A stretch of DNA of 64,000 nucleotides, taken from positions 28,425 to 92,424 of the forward strand of contig NTJP01000007.1 in the NCBI GenBank assembly GCA_002457145.1. Direction: 5' to 3'. Shown here piece by piece: positions 1 to 10,335 of the stretch. Source of the stretch: Marine Group II euryarchaeote MED-G38. GTDB lineage: Archaea; Thermoplasmatota; Poseidoniia; Poseidoniales; Thalassarchaeaceae. Within the stretch, counting starts at the first letter, position 1. Each line of letters starts with the position of its first letter. A model generated the notes under the pieces. That model saw nothing but the letters and a program-made list of their open reading frames with translations. It was not told where the DNA came from and searched no databases. The position numbers and the translations under genes are program-made.

Positions 1-2049
1 GATAATAAATAGTGATTTATTATCCTCCTCAGATTCAATATTGTATTCAAGTAAAAAATTACCATTATCATTTGCAGATATACTATCCCATTCAATTCTG
101 ATTGTTATATTTGATTCTTCGGGCATAGTAAGTTCATACTCTAAAATAGATATAGTACTTGATTCCATTTCAGCACCTGGGAAGTATACAAATCGGTTGC
201 AAGTATCCTCAATACAAACTCTAGCATATGTATCATCAAAACCATTATTTTTCATCTGTAAAACATATAATGCACTACCTCCTTCAGATAAATCACCAGT
301 TAATGATTGAGAAACAACTTCTAAATCAACTCCTCTTTTTGGAAATATAGATAAAGGAAAAATTTCTGTTTTTGAATTTCCTGATGAATCATTAACGATT
401 ACAGTTATTTCATGGTTTCCTATTGTAATTGGTGGAAGGAGGAGTTTCTCAACTTCTTCTGACCAGTAAGAAGTCTCCAATAATATATGACCATCCAGAT
501 AAACCTCCCAAGTAGTGTTATTTATAGAATCTAAATCATCATAAGAATTAGAAAAAACTAATTTTATAATATCTCCTTCTCTAGCCGAATCATCTAATTC
601 AATCAAAGAATTATTTGCCATAATATCCATCAATATTATAGGAGAATTTCCATCTGTTACTTTAATTTTCCATTCTTTAGAGATAGAATTTCCTGCATCA
701 TCAGTAACAATTAGTAACATACCCAATTCAGTTGGTTCTTTCGAGTTGTGCCTCTCCATAATACTTAGATGTAATCCATTGATTCCCGAACCTTGTGAAA
801 CAATAAAAGAGAATGTGCCTTCATTAGTTTGATACTGCCTCCATCCGTCGGAAATATTTGTCAGAAGTTCTATAGATGTAGGAAGTTGACTTTCATCATT
901 TGAAGTAATATTTATAATTATTTCACTTCCAGAAATAACTGATAAAATATCACTATGAACATCAAGAACCTGTAAATTACCCCCAATATTTGATGAAATT
1001 TGACCATTCCATTCGGGCATGATACTGTCTATAGTTATATTCTCTGACCATGAAGTATTAATTCCATGAGAATCAGTACAGACAACAATTATGTTAATCA
1101 CTTCTCCATGTTTAAAACCATAATCAGTAGGATTTAACTGAAACCATGGATTTTGTATAGTATCAATTAATTGGTTATTCTTAATTATTTTCCATTCTAT
1201 AATTGGAGTTTCAAGGATACTGTCTTCACAAAAACTTGTATATGTGGTAGACCCATTAAGAGATATCAAAGAAGATTCGGGGTATCTAGATGCAGACAGT
1301 GAGGGAGGAAAATTTTCTCCTATTGTTATTCTGATGTTAGAAGCCACAGGTGAATCGCTACGGTTAACAACGAAATTGTTTGGTTCACCAATAATTATCT
1401 GAGACATTGCGCTATACCTAAATTCCCAATTTTCGGGAAGTGAAATGTGTAAAGGTACTTCTTCTATCAGTGATCCGATTCTAGGCAAGTCTAGAATCCT
1501 TGTAATCCTATTATCAGTCAAACCTGTCAAATTAGCGGATTCAATCCAGCCCCAAATACTATCAGTTTGATTGACTAATCCAGGTAATGGAGCGTTAATT
1601 ATTATTTCATTTTTTGAGGTGAACAATGGAACGTAATCAAATTCACAACATCCTCCAATAGCAGAGTTTGTCCAATTTCTAGAAGATAAAATTAGTTGAG
1701 TGAAATAATATATTTCTGTAGAATTAAGGAAGCTGTCATTATTTCCCATGTATTCATCTATTTGATTTCTAATTCCATTGGATTGATTTGGCAAGAGATC
1801 GGTCCCATATGATTCTAAAATTGAAATTTCAGAATACCAAGAAGCATTGAATTCAGAATTAATTAATATCTGATCAGTTATATTTAGAAATGAATTTCCC
1901 ATTATATAATTAGTAGATGGTGTTCCAGTAGTTTTAGAAAAATCATTATTATTTGAGATATTTGATTCTACTATATTTTGAGAAGGAATTATTACTGAAA
2001 GAATAATTATTAAAGTACATACAATACTAACAATATTATTTTTATTCAT
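1..2049 (-). CDS. Large secreted/cell-surface protein, N-terminal 683 aa (3' end runs off the left edge of the window)
   Basis: Absent from the ORF track because it has no stop inside the window. My reverse-strand reading from the ATG at 2047-2049 gives MNKNNIVSIVCTLIIILSVIIPSQNIVES (basic N-terminus plus hydrophobic signal/anchor). The frame is still open at base 1 (...EYNIESEEDNKSLFII). GAGGT lies in the 11-nt spacer upstream. Asn/Ser/Thr/Asp-rich, with a beta-sandwich-type signature (LYVLQMKNNGFDDTYARV) like the surface proteins at 46-61 kb. Confidence 0.6.
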   Translation of the reverse strand, partial: MNKNNIVSIVCTLIIILSVIIPSQNIVESNISNNNDFSKTTGTPSTNYIMGNSFLNITDQILINSEFNASWYSEISILESYGTDLLPNQSNGIRNQIDEYMGNNDSFLNSTEIYYFTQLILSSRNWTNSAIGGCCEFDYVPLFTSKNEIIINAPLPGLVNQTDSIWGWIESANLTGLTDNRITRILDLPRIGSLIEEVPLHISLPENWEFRYSAMSQIIIGEPNNFVVNRSDSPVASNIRITIGENFPPSLSASRYPESSLISLNGSTTYTSFCEDSILETPIIEWKIIKNNQLIDTIQNPWFQLNPTDYGFKHGEVINIIVVCTDSHGINTSWSENITIDSIMPEWNGQISSNIGGNLQVLDVHSDILSVISGSEIIINITSNDESQLPTSIELLTNISDGWRQYQTNEGTFSFIVSQGSGINGLHLSIMERHNSKEPTELGMLLIVTDDAGNSISKEWKIKVTDGNSPIILMDIMANNSLIELDDSAREGDIIKLVFSNSYDDLDSINNTTWEVYLDGHILLETSYWSEEVEKLLLPPITIGNHEITVIVNDSSGNSKTEIFPLSIFPKRGVDLEVVSQSLTGDLSEGGSALYVLQMKNNGFDDTYARVCIEDTCNRFVYFPGAEMESSTISILEYELTMPEESNITIRIEWDSISANDNGNFLLEYNIESEEDNKSLFII

Positions 2050-2060
2050 AAAGAAACCTC

Positions 2061-3044
2061 TTAAATAGAATTGTAGACAATCTGTGACCCATTATGATCT
2101 AATTTTAAAGGTAAGACCTTATACTCTTGTCCAAAATTTGAAAGTAATTTTGTCCTAAATTCTGGCGGTCCATGAACAAGAAAGAATCCCCCTCCTCCTG
2201 CACCCAATAGTTTTGCTCCAGTCGCACCTGTATCGAGTAAGCGAACATAAAGAGAGTCTAACTCTTCATTACTAACACTTTGAGAAAGTTCTCTTTTTAA
2301 TTTCCAGGTTTCAGCAAGTAATTTTCCTAATTCTCTTAATTTTCCATTTTCTAACATTTTCTTCGAAGAGAGTGCCTGAGAACGTATTTTACGTAATCTT
2401 TTTATTTTATTTTCTGCATTATCGCTAGATTCGGCTAATATTTTACTTGCACTCCTTGATAAGCCGGTAAAAATAAGAGAGAATTCATTTTCCATCTTAT
2501 CAATAATTTCTTTTTCAATAACTAATGGCGTTACTTTTACAATATCATGAGAAAATGTGATACAATTAATTCCCCCATAAGCTGCAGCATATTGATCTTG
2601 TCGGCCAATTGGTTGTTTTAGAATATCTATCTCAATCATGCAGGCTTCTTCGGCCAATTGTTTCGGTGAGGTGCTACGGCCCGCATATGTGTGAAGTGCA
2701 TTCAATAAACCTACAGTGACTGAAGAAGAGGACCCTAATCCAGTCCCTCGTGAGGGAATGTCGGCAATAGTAGTAATCTCTACTCCCGATGTAATTCCCG
2801 TTATCCGCATTGCTTCACGAACAAGTTCATGTTCCAAATCTTCAAAATTTTCTACTAATTCCATCTTTGAATAAGATACTCTGACCATGTTGTCAAATCT
2901 TTTGTTCACTGTAATATGTATGTAACTTTGAAGAGATACTGAGACTACCATGCCTCCTTCTTCTTCGGTGTGCGAAAATGAATCAATATCGGTGCCCCCT
3001 CCACAAAAGGAGGCGCGGAGTGGAGTTCGACTGATTATCATCAA
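2061..3044 (-). CDS. GHMP-family sugar(-phosphate) kinase, HddA/COG2605-like
   Basis: 327 aa. N-terminal RTPLRASFCGGGTDI, GHMP ATP motif PSRGTGLGSSSSVTVG, C-terminal GAKLLGAGGGGFFL. The overall pattern resembles D-glycero-D-manno-heptose-7-phosphate kinase-like enzymes more than mevalonate kinase or galactokinase. Substrate cannot be read from sequence. Confidence 0.75.
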   Translation of the reverse strand: MMIISRTPLRASFCGGGTDIDSFSHTEEEGGMVVSVSLQSYIHITVNKRFDNMVRVSYSKMELVENFEDLEHELVREAMRITGITSGVEITTIADIPSRGTGLGSSSSVTVGLLNALHTYAGRSTSPKQLAEEACMIEIDILKQPIGRQDQYAAAYGGINCITFSHDIVKVTPLVIEKEIIDKMENEFSLIFTGLSRSASKILAESSDNAENKIKRLRKIRSQALSSKKMLENGKLRELGKLLAETWKLKRELSQSVSNEELDSLYVRLLDTGATGAKLLGAGGGGFFLVHGPPEFRTKLLSNFGQEYKVLPLKLDHNGSQIVYNSI

Positions 3045-3160
3045 TACCTCCCGGAAACTCTATCTGACATCAAGACATCGGTTTTTTTAACCATAGAAGG
3101 AATTGTTTAGTAGTAAGGCATATGGAGTGTCGCCCTTCAGCAACATAAAGAGGGAATGCT

Positions 3161-4090
3161 ATGAACGATCTAATAACGATGGATGATCTTACAAATGAAG
3201 AAATTATAAAATTATTAGATGATGCAAAAAAGATGCTTCCTGCTGCAAAAGGAGATGTTTATTTACCACTTCTACAAGGAAAAGTATTAGCAAATATGTT
3301 TTTTGAAAACTCAACTAGAACTAGAATGTCGTTTGAAACTGCTATGAAAAGGTTAGGAGGAAGGGTATTGAATTTTACTTCTGCCGGCTCATCTGTAGCA
3401 AAAGGAGAAACATTGTATGATACAATGCAGATGATCGATGGATATTCAGATGTAGCTGTTATAAGACATCCTCGTCAAGGGGCAGCACAATATAGTGCAG
3501 ATGCCGTAAAAATACCAATTTTGAATGCAGGAGATGGAGCAGGAAACCATCCTACACAAACATTACTTGATTTATTCACCATAAGAGAAGAGCATAATGA
3601 TTTTGAAAATCTAAATATCATGCTTGTAGGTGATTTAAGATATGGTAGAACGGCACATAGCCTATCACATGCATTAGCACGATTTAATGTAAATTTAACT
3701 TTGGTATCTCCTGAAGCTTTAAAAATGCCAAAAGAGATAGTAGATGATTTACTTTCATTGGGATGTAATGTGATTGAAACCGATGAGCTCAATGAAAATA
3801 TCAAACATTCTGATGTAATATACATGACGAGAATACAAAAAGAGCGTTTTCCGGATGAAGACGAATATGCAAAAGTTTCAGGTATCTATAAAATCTCAGA
3901 ATCAAATTTAGTTGGCTCAAAAGAAAATATGATAATTATGCACCCACTACCAAGAGTTAGTGAAATACATCCTTCAGTTGATTCCACTAAGTATGCTAGA
4001 TATTTTCAACAAGCCTTTAATGGAATTCCGACCAGAATGGCTTTACTCTGTAAAAGTCTAGGCATAGATATTGAAAAGGAGGTGTCTTAA
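3161..4090 (+). CDS. pyrB: Aspartate carbamoyltransferase catalytic subunit
   Basis: 309 aa. Carbamoyl-phosphate site FFENSTRTRMSFE, then HPTQ, RYGRTAHS and HPLPR motifs. Immediately followed by pyrI. Confidence 0.95.
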   Translation: MNDLITMDDLTNEEIIKLLDDAKKMLPAAKGDVYLPLLQGKVLANMFFENSTRTRMSFETAMKRLGGRVLNFTSAGSSVAKGETLYDTMQMIDGYSDVAVIRHPRQGAAQYSADAVKIPILNAGDGAGNHPTQTLLDLFTIREEHNDFENLNIMLVGDLRYGRTAHSLSHALARFNVNLTLVSPEALKMPKEIVDDLLSLGCNVIETDELNENIKHSDVIYMTRIQKERFPDEDEYAKVSGIYKISESNLVGSKENMIIMHPLPRVSEIHPSVDSTKYARYFQQAFNGIPTRMALLCKSLGIDIEKEVS

Positions 4091-4564
4091 TTGAATGATG
4101 CCGAAATGAGAAGAGTTACTGCGATATGCAATGGTACGGTGATTGATCATATACCCGGTGGTCAATCATTACAGGTTCTGAGAATGTTAAAGCTTGATTC
4201 AGGGAGGTCGAATCCAATTTCTTTAGTAATGAATGTTCCAAGTGATAAGTTAGGACGAAAAGACGTTTTGAAAATTGAGGATAGAGAGTTAGTGCAGGAA
4301 GAATTAGACAGGTTGGCCATAATAGCCTCAGAAGCATCCGTAGCAATAATTAGAAATTATTCAGTTGCAGAGAAAAGAAAAGTTGGATTAAGTGATGAAT
4401 TAATTAATATAATTAAATGCTCATTTTCCAATTGTATTACTCAGAATGAAAGAGAACCATTGCCTCATAAACTAATAGTTGTGAACAAAAGTCCGGTTGA
4501 AATAAGGTGTGCGTATTGTGGTAAAACTCAAGAGATATCAGAAATACCTGACTATATAATATAA
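4091..4564 (+). CDS. pyrI: Aspartate carbamoyltransferase regulatory subunit
   Basis: 157 aa. TTG start 5 nt after AAGGAGGTG (alternative ATG at 4106). GTVIDHIPGG allosteric-domain motif and C-terminal zinc domain CSFSNC...CAYCG. Confidence 0.9.
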   Translation: MNDAEMRRVTAICNGTVIDHIPGGQSLQVLRMLKLDSGRSNPISLVMNVPSDKLGRKDVLKIEDRELVQEELDRLAIIASEASVAIIRNYSVAEKRKVGLSDELINIIKCSFSNCITQNEREPLPHKLIVVNKSPVEIRCAYCGKTQEISEIPDYII

Positions 4565-5560
4565 TTAGACTTCAGATAGCCATTTCTTCATAGTACATGC
4601 TTGACAGATATCCCTACTTGTAACTTCTTTGCATAATGAACAATATTTAATCTTAGGAGATTCTCTAGTACCTTCTCTAAATAATTTTCTAATTTCTTCT
4701 AGTGAGTGTAGAAGCCCGTGCCTTGTACCAGGAGTTTGATTTTCCAAATTTGCGATAACGCCTCTACTTAATTGACGCATTGCACCGGGAGCGTGTGGAC
4801 AATCTCCATGGAAAAATGGTAGATTAGAAACTACCGCATGGGCATGAATCTCTTGCTCTGGTATCCACCTTAATGGTACTATTCTAGGAGATAATCCCTC
4901 CAAAGGAGAGCTTGTATGAGGCGCTAGTCTTATAGAACGCTCAACCTCTCCTTTTTGTAAGTTCATCAAGATTGATTGTGCCATATCATCAAGATTATGG
5001 CCTAATGCCATAACATCAGCTTTAGTTTTGTGTGCTAAAGCATTCAATCCTTGTCTCCTAAATACTCCACAAAAGGAACAGGGCATCATACCATTTGCTT
5101 CATCATGTAAATCGCCAATTTTTGGCATTTTTGATACTACTGAATCCATTCTTTCATAGCCTAATTCTGGATAGCTAATTGTTTCAAAGCGTATTCCTAA
5201 ATCTTTCGATAGATTCATAGCACAGTCCATTGAAGGTTTTCTATATCCTTTAATTCCTTCATCAACACACCCAGCAATTATCTCAACGTCTCTTCTTTTT
5301 CCAATTATATCAACTATCATTGAAAGGAGTACAGCTGAGTCTTTTCCACCAGAAACCGCTACAAGTAATCTAAAGGGAGAACCGTCATCATGACGAGCAT
5401 TTTTAGGTAAAATTAGTTGTTTTCTTAATTCCTTAGCTGTCCTTCTTCTAATCGAATCTGATAGACATTTCCCGCATAAATGTTGTCCACTGTATGCTTG
5501 ATGCAGTATAGATTGTGAAGAGCATTTACTACACTTCTTGACTGAGATGGCCGCACACAT
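4565..5560 (-). CDS. PP-loop tRNA 2-thiolation ATPase (TtuA/NcsA family)
   Basis: 331 aa. N-terminal zinc finger CSKC...CGKC, PP-loop SGGKDS, central CSFCGVFRR, C-terminal CSLC...CQAC finger. This is the architecture of the TtuA/Ncs6 family. Confidence 0.8.
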   Translation of the reverse strand: MCAAISVKKCSKCSSQSILHQAYSGQHLCGKCLSDSIRRRTAKELRKQLILPKNARHDDGSPFRLLVAVSGGKDSAVLLSMIVDIIGKRRDVEIIAGCVDEGIKGYRKPSMDCAMNLSKDLGIRFETISYPELGYERMDSVVSKMPKIGDLHDEANGMMPCSFCGVFRRQGLNALAHKTKADVMALGHNLDDMAQSILMNLQKGEVERSIRLAPHTSSPLEGLSPRIVPLRWIPEQEIHAHAVVSNLPFFHGDCPHAPGAMRQLSRGVIANLENQTPGTRHGLLHSLEEIRKLFREGTRESPKIKYCSLCKEVTSRDICQACTMKKWLSEV

Positions 5561-5614
5561 ATCATTTGCTCGAAGGTTTTTGTATTGAAACCATTCTCAT
5601 AAAAATGTAATTTT

Positions 5615-5905
5615 ATGCGATGGATTGATGACTGTAAATGCATTCTCAGATATATGGAGGAAGCGCATTCGCTACCTATGAGAAAAGTAGAACGAGGGAT
5701 GTTTTCTAGTCCGTGGTTAGATAGATTTTGTTTAACTATTACACTTATTTTAGCATATTTTACTTCACCCCTTTTATCTAAATACCTCGAGATTTACATA
5801 GGAGAAAATTCAGAATTATATTGTTTAATTTTTTTAATAATTATGTCGCCATTTGTCGGTGATTTTGTTTCAAAAAGATTGACAAACTACATTTATAAAA
5901 AATAA
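5615..5905 (+). CDS. Hypothetical small membrane protein (doubtful)
   Basis: 96-aa ORF with two hydrophobic segments (LTITLILAYFTSPLL, LYCLIFLIIMSPFVG). It is the only ORF in a 345-nt gap between two minus-strand genes. No recognisable motif and no clear RBS; several in-frame ATGs are possible. Confidence 0.3.
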   Translation: MRWIDDCKCILRYMEEAHSLPMRKVERGMFSSPWLDRFCLTITLILAYFTSPLLSKYLEIYIGENSELYCLIFLIIMSPFVGDFVSKRLTNYIYKK

Positions 5906-7084
5906 TTATGAACGGAAATTATTTATGTTTAATTCTATATATCCAATGATTCTTTGCCATGGTATTACATACCTCATTCCAGCAACCACCAACATGAATA
6001 AACTAGCAGATATTACCTTTCCATAAGTCATTTGTAATTCTAGTGATTCTTGTACTTGCCCTGACCATTGTGAACCTTGCAAGACTCCTACAAATGACAC
6101 TAGCAAATCATCAAATTGTAATGCTAAAATAGTTACAAAGGTTACTAAAGAAATTATAACAACAAGATGTATTAAATGAGAATTGACTACATTATTAAAT
6201 TGTTTAATATATTCTATATCATTCTTAGACCCTTCAGGAAGAGACATTGCATACTCAAGATGGGTAATTGCAGCTAAACCGGATTCTAAAAATATCAACA
6301 GTAATATCGATATTACCAACAGGTCGAATGCCAACGGAGAAATTAATCCACCTAGCATACTAGAGTTTCCAATTTGAGACGGGAGGGCTTTTAGGCCCAA
6401 ATCAAATGCTCCAGAAATTTCCTCAAATGTAAGTATTGCATGAATACCTATCACCAACAGAAAATATCCCATCGCCCAAGTTAATAATCTACGAGATAAT
6501 CCCCATATACCCATTAGTCCAGTTAAAATAGGTGCAAAAACTACTCCAAGAAAAACTAATTCTAAAAAGAATCCCATTGGAGAAAATAACGATCCGAAGT
6601 GCTTAATTGGCCATTCAGGGCCATTGAAAGCCATTGATGATATCCATGCGAAAAGGAATGGTAAGAATATCCAAATTGCGAGAACTATTCCAGAGATTTT
6701 TTTAATATCATTTTGTAATTTTTCACCTTTTGTGAGCACATAAGACCAAAGAGAAGTTACGATTATACACAAAATTAAAGGACCTGAAAAAGATGACAAA
6801 CCAGATTGTCCGATTCCCAAGAGAAAGTTGGGGATTAATAGATTATGAGTATTACTTAACCAAACTAGGCCTCTTGTATGTTCATATGCCGGACACCAAT
6901 ATGAAGATCCTTCGGCAAGAAGGATGAATTCTTCGGTACAAGAACCGTATAACTGATTCATTCTTATCATTAAAATCAAAAGAGAGAATGTAGAAAGTAA
7001 TTGGAATGTTAAAATTTGCCATTTCCTCCTCAACAGTGGAAGATGTAGTGTCACTCTTGGCTCCTCTTTTTCGACAATATCCAT
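5906..7084 (-). CDS. Polytopic membrane protein, unknown function (third gene of the DUF4350-like/DUF58 operon)
   Basis: The ORF track starts at 7150. I prefer the ATG at 7084 (MDIVEKEEPRV) because TAGGAGGT sits 7 nt upstream and this removes the overlap with the DUF58 gene. At least 9 hydrophobic helices; no family motif recognised. Confidence 0.6.
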   Translation of the reverse strand: MDIVEKEEPRVTLHLPLLRRKWQILTFQLLSTFSLLILMIRMNQLYGSCTEEFILLAEGSSYWCPAYEHTRGLVWLSNTHNLLIPNFLLGIGQSGLSSFSGPLILCIIVTSLWSYVLTKGEKLQNDIKKISGIVLAIWIFLPFLFAWISSMAFNGPEWPIKHFGSLFSPMGFFLELVFLGVVFAPILTGLMGIWGLSRRLLTWAMGYFLLVIGIHAILTFEEISGAFDLGLKALPSQIGNSSMLGGLISPLAFDLLVISILLLIFLESGLAAITHLEYAMSLPEGSKNDIEYIKQFNNVVNSHLIHLVVIISLVTFVTILALQFDDLLVSFVGVLQGSQWSGQVQESLELQMTYGKVISASLFMLVVAGMRYVIPWQRIIGYIELNINNFRS

Positions 7085-7095
7085 CAATATACCTC

Positions 7096-8349
7096 CTAAG
7101 AACCTTTTACTTGCATTAAGGCCTGTGATAATTCTATATCTGGCATCCAATCAATTACTTTTGCCCCATATCCTGAAATTGCAGTCAATCTATTTTGTCT
7201 TTCGAGTTTTAATACCTCGTATGATAGTCTTGGTATTCTACTAACTAATCTTTCAAGATCTATGCTACTTGGCGATAATACAATTACTTCGTGGCCTCTT
7301 CCTGCTAAACTACGAATTGCAGGAAGTGTGGTCCCATCTCCTTCAAGGCTACTAATTATAAATACTGGAGAACCTCTACTGATTCTTGATGTAATAGCAT
7401 TTGTAACTGCTTGGAGGGGCATTGAGCCAGAGGCTGAAACCGCGGCAAGATTACTTAAAATCTTGAAATTTTGTTTATCACCAGTCTCCGGGCCAAGATA
7501 ATCCATTTTACTACCATATGTAACTAGAGCGACTGAGTCTCTGCGCTTCAAGAAATGGCTTGCCACAGAGGCAGCAGCAATAGTACCCATCTCTAATGAA
7601 TTTTTTAGTACAGTTCCTATTCTTGCAACATCTCTAACGTCAAGAATTACGAAAACATCTGTGACTGCATCCCTGGTTTTCTCATTTACCATTAATTCAC
7701 CGGTCCTTGCAAATGCTTTCCAATTTATAGAGCGGAAAGAATCTCCGGGGATATATTCTCTAAGAGAATAAAATTCCATACCTGGGCCAGGAGTTTTCAG
7801 AGTAGTAGCACCCGTGTACATATTAGGGACATCGGATTTTAATAGAGCTTCTTCGATATCTCTAATTTGTGGGAAAACTGTTACATCTGATCTAGAATCT
7901 ATTTTTGATTCATTAACAAATAAATTGAATGCATTCCTATATCGAACAGAAACAGGGCCGATTGTATAATAACCTCGTAATGGACAACGCACATAGTAAC
8001 TTATCTTTGTACTCTGACCCGGCCCAAGATTGATTTTCATTTTATTGATTCCGAAATGTAATTTCATTTCATGAGGAACATTATCGAAAACTTCTATCTG
8101 TTGTGTTCTTTTATATGATTTATTAGAAATAGTTAGGTCAACCATAATTTTATCTCCTTTGTAAACATTATAAGCAGAAAGTTCTCTATTTATCTCTATA
8201 TCCGAATGTCCATCGACCCACCCGTTAATTGAGAGGAATGCTATGAAAGTTAAACCTATTATTATGAATTGAAAATTTGAAATCATCATACCTATTAAAA
8301 TCAAGCTAATGCCGCTTGCAAGTAATATAGTTCCTTTTCGTGTCCACAT
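7096..8349 (-). CDS. DUF58 family protein (VWA-like fold, N-terminal TM hairpin)
   Basis: 417 aa. Two N-terminal TM helices, a beta-sandwich-like region, then the DUF58 signature FYSLREYIPGDSFRSINWKAFARTGELMVNE followed by a VWA-like alpha/beta region (VFVILDV...). AGGTGA RBS overlaps the upstream stop. Confidence 0.8.
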   Translation of the reverse strand: MWTRKGTILLASGISLILIGMMISNFQFIIIGLTFIAFLSINGWVDGHSDIEINRELSAYNVYKGDKIMVDLTISNKSYKRTQQIEVFDNVPHEMKLHFGINKMKINLGPGQSTKISYYVRCPLRGYYTIGPVSVRYRNAFNLFVNESKIDSRSDVTVFPQIRDIEEALLKSDVPNMYTGATTLKTPGPGMEFYSLREYIPGDSFRSINWKAFARTGELMVNEKTRDAVTDVFVILDVRDVARIGTVLKNSLEMGTIAAASVASHFLKRRDSVALVTYGSKMDYLGPETGDKQNFKILSNLAAVSASGSMPLQAVTNAITSRISRGSPVFIISSLEGDGTTLPAIRSLAGRGHEVIVLSPSSIDLERLVSRIPRLSYEVLKLERQNRLTAISGYGAKVIDWMPDIELSQALMQVKGS

Positions 8350-8359
8350 AAAATATCAC

Positions 8360-9994
8360 CTAGTTATTCAAGTTCCCCCACTCTTTGATTCTTTTGACAA
8401 CTCCAACTAGTTCATCAGGCCTATATTTTCTATCTTCAAAAATAAATCTAATTAAAACTGGATCCTTTACCATATTTTGTAATTCTGCAGCAGGGAGTGC
8501 ATCGAATTCTTCTCTGGATAATGTGTTAAGGTTCCTTATCCTAGTAAGCAAAACTTGTCTTATTTTATCAGACTTTTGATAGTATTCATACCTAGTAGCA
8601 TCGCCAAAACCATAGTAAATTATTCTGAATATATGTCGCCAATCTTCTGGATCTTCTTTTCTGATTATTATTGCTTCTAATGAAATAAATAATATTAAGA
8701 ATAAAATTAGCATAGCCATCCAATCGTTGGTAAAATAAATTAATAAATAATATATTAAATTATAAATATCACCAAAAATATTTTGTTGTTGATGCCTACT
8801 TTCATCGAATATTACAAGAGCATTACTGCTAATATTAGTTCCGGATTGACTCACTAAAAGTGATTCTGCAATTATATCTAATGCCCATTTCCTATTATCG
8901 TTTTCAGGGACTAAACCTGAATAAAATTGGTCAAATTCCGGATTATAAAGTGAATTTATTAGCATTGAGCCGTCAGAAACAAAATGAATCCTACCAGATG
9001 TTGCCGACCTACAAAGGATATTATCACAATAACGTACATAGACCGGGAAAGGTCCTTGTTCATCTCCTTGGATGCCTAATGCTTCATAGCCACCAATTGT
9101 ATAATTACCATCATCATTATTATCCATCCATGAGTCTAAGGTTGTTCTGGCTATAACATAACGATGCTCTGATGGGTTATATGCCGAGGTTTTTTCAAAT
9201 CCCGATAGTCCATTTGTGAGTAGATTATATTCCTCACTGAAGTCCCATTGTCCAGTTTCAACATCAAATCTATGGGCGCATAATCCTACATTCAATAGAT
9301 TGATTACAGGATTTGGAGCATTGGGGTCATTAGGATCTCCATCCAGTAAATCTATTACACCATCATTATCAAAATCACGAATACATGGATTAACTGATTT
9401 TTGAGAATTAGGAGTAGAAGTAAAATTATATGCAGAGGTAGTATTAACCCACACAAAATTGTAGCCTAGATCTCTATCGTAAGACTCTCCATCATACAAA
9501 CTATGACCAGTATACTCTAATCCAAATTGCTTTGCCAAATTACTAGAATATCCAAAGTCATCCATTAAAAGAACGGTCCCTCCACGTTCAACATATTGAG
9601 CTATAGCAACTATTTCTGAAGATGTATATCCATCTCCTTCTGAAAACTGGATAACATCTTCATCTCCTGTAAATCTAGGTAATGATATTGTATCTCTTTC
9701 AACACCTGAAATAACAAATATAGACTCTTCTGGGTATTCAACTTCACTTAATAGTAATGGACTAGAAACTAGAGCAGTTGTAGGGATATCTAAGTCATTT
9801 AATTCTGCTCTGAATGATCCTAAATCATTCCAATCATCCCCATATGCTGATTGTTGAGTTTCGCCTGGTATGACATAAGATATTGCAATAGAAGAGACCA
9901 GTAATATCAATAGAGTCCAGAATGAGAAAAGTAGTGCATTACGACGATATTTTTGAGAAGTGATTCTTTTTGAGAGTCTTTTCCAATCAACCAT
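8360..9994 (-). CDS. Membrane-anchored protein, DUF4350-like, with a thrombospondin-type-3-like Ca-binding motif
   Basis: ATG at 9994 is preceded by AGGTGG (the ORF track uses GTG at 10006). N-terminal TM, large external domain (VERGGTVLLMDDFGYSSNLAKQFGL resembles DUF4350), DFDNDGVIDLLDGDPNDPNAPNP (DxDxDG-type), a second TM near residue 440 and a roughly 100-aa cytoplasmic tail. Confidence 0.55.
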   Translation of the reverse strand: MVDWKRLSKRITSQKYRRNALLFSFWTLLILLVSSIAISYVIPGETQQSAYGDDWNDLGSFRAELNDLDIPTTALVSSPLLLSEVEYPEESIFVISGVERDTISLPRFTGDEDVIQFSEGDGYTSSEIVAIAQYVERGGTVLLMDDFGYSSNLAKQFGLEYTGHSLYDGESYDRDLGYNFVWVNTTSAYNFTSTPNSQKSVNPCIRDFDNDGVIDLLDGDPNDPNAPNPVINLLNVGLCAHRFDVETGQWDFSEEYNLLTNGLSGFEKTSAYNPSEHRYVIARTTLDSWMDNNDDGNYTIGGYEALGIQGDEQGPFPVYVRYCDNILCRSATSGRIHFVSDGSMLINSLYNPEFDQFYSGLVPENDNRKWALDIIAESLLVSQSGTNISSNALVIFDESRHQQQNIFGDIYNLIYYLLIYFTNDWMAMLILFLILFISLEAIIIRKEDPEDWRHIFRIIYYGFGDATRYEYYQKSDKIRQVLLTRIRNLNTLSREEFDALPAAELQNMVKDPVLIRFIFEDRKYRPDELVGVVKRIKEWGNLNN

Positions 9995-10084
9995 GTTCGA
10001 GACCACCTGTGCTCAATTTTAATCAACGAGCATTAAGTTCATCTTAAGACCGTTGTGAGGCCATGAACGAGACGGCATCATGAA

Positions 10085-10327
10085 TTAGCGAGATAATTGA
10101 ACGTGCTTTCCAATGTTACTAATTTCATCGGTTGGTATAGATACTAGGCCTTCTTGAATTGGCCATGGCAAAACTTTAGGATCTAAATCAGGTTCTAATG
10201 ACACTAAAATAGCAACTATATTACCAGTAGATGAGTCTATAGTAAAATCTGCGAGAGTTCCCAAAACTTCCCCTGCGACATCGACTACTTTGCGGCGCAA
10301 TATTTCCATACTGAATGTTGATGTCAT
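10085..10327 (-). CDS. Stand-alone PRC-barrel domain protein
   Basis: 80 aa. VVDVAGEVLGTLADFTIDSSTGNIVAILV ... LVSIPTDEISNIG is a PRC-barrel-like pattern. Start is coupled to the cdc48 stop through TGAGGTATAAAATG. Confidence 0.65.
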   Translation of the reverse strand: MTSTFSMEILRRKVVDVAGEVLGTLADFTIDSSTGNIVAILVSLEPDLDPKVLPWPIQEGLVSIPTDEISNIGKHVQLSR

Positions 10328-10335
10328 TTTATACC

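Noticed and set aside
41-310. An 89-aa plus-strand ORF at the left edge.
   Set aside because: It lies antisense within the long open minus-strand frame (1-2049), which has a signal peptide and an RBS.
5425-5643. A 72-aa minus-strand ORF overlapping the 5' end of the PP-loop ATPase gene.
   Set aside because: It is an alternative frame of a supported gene plus its upstream spacer, with no motif.
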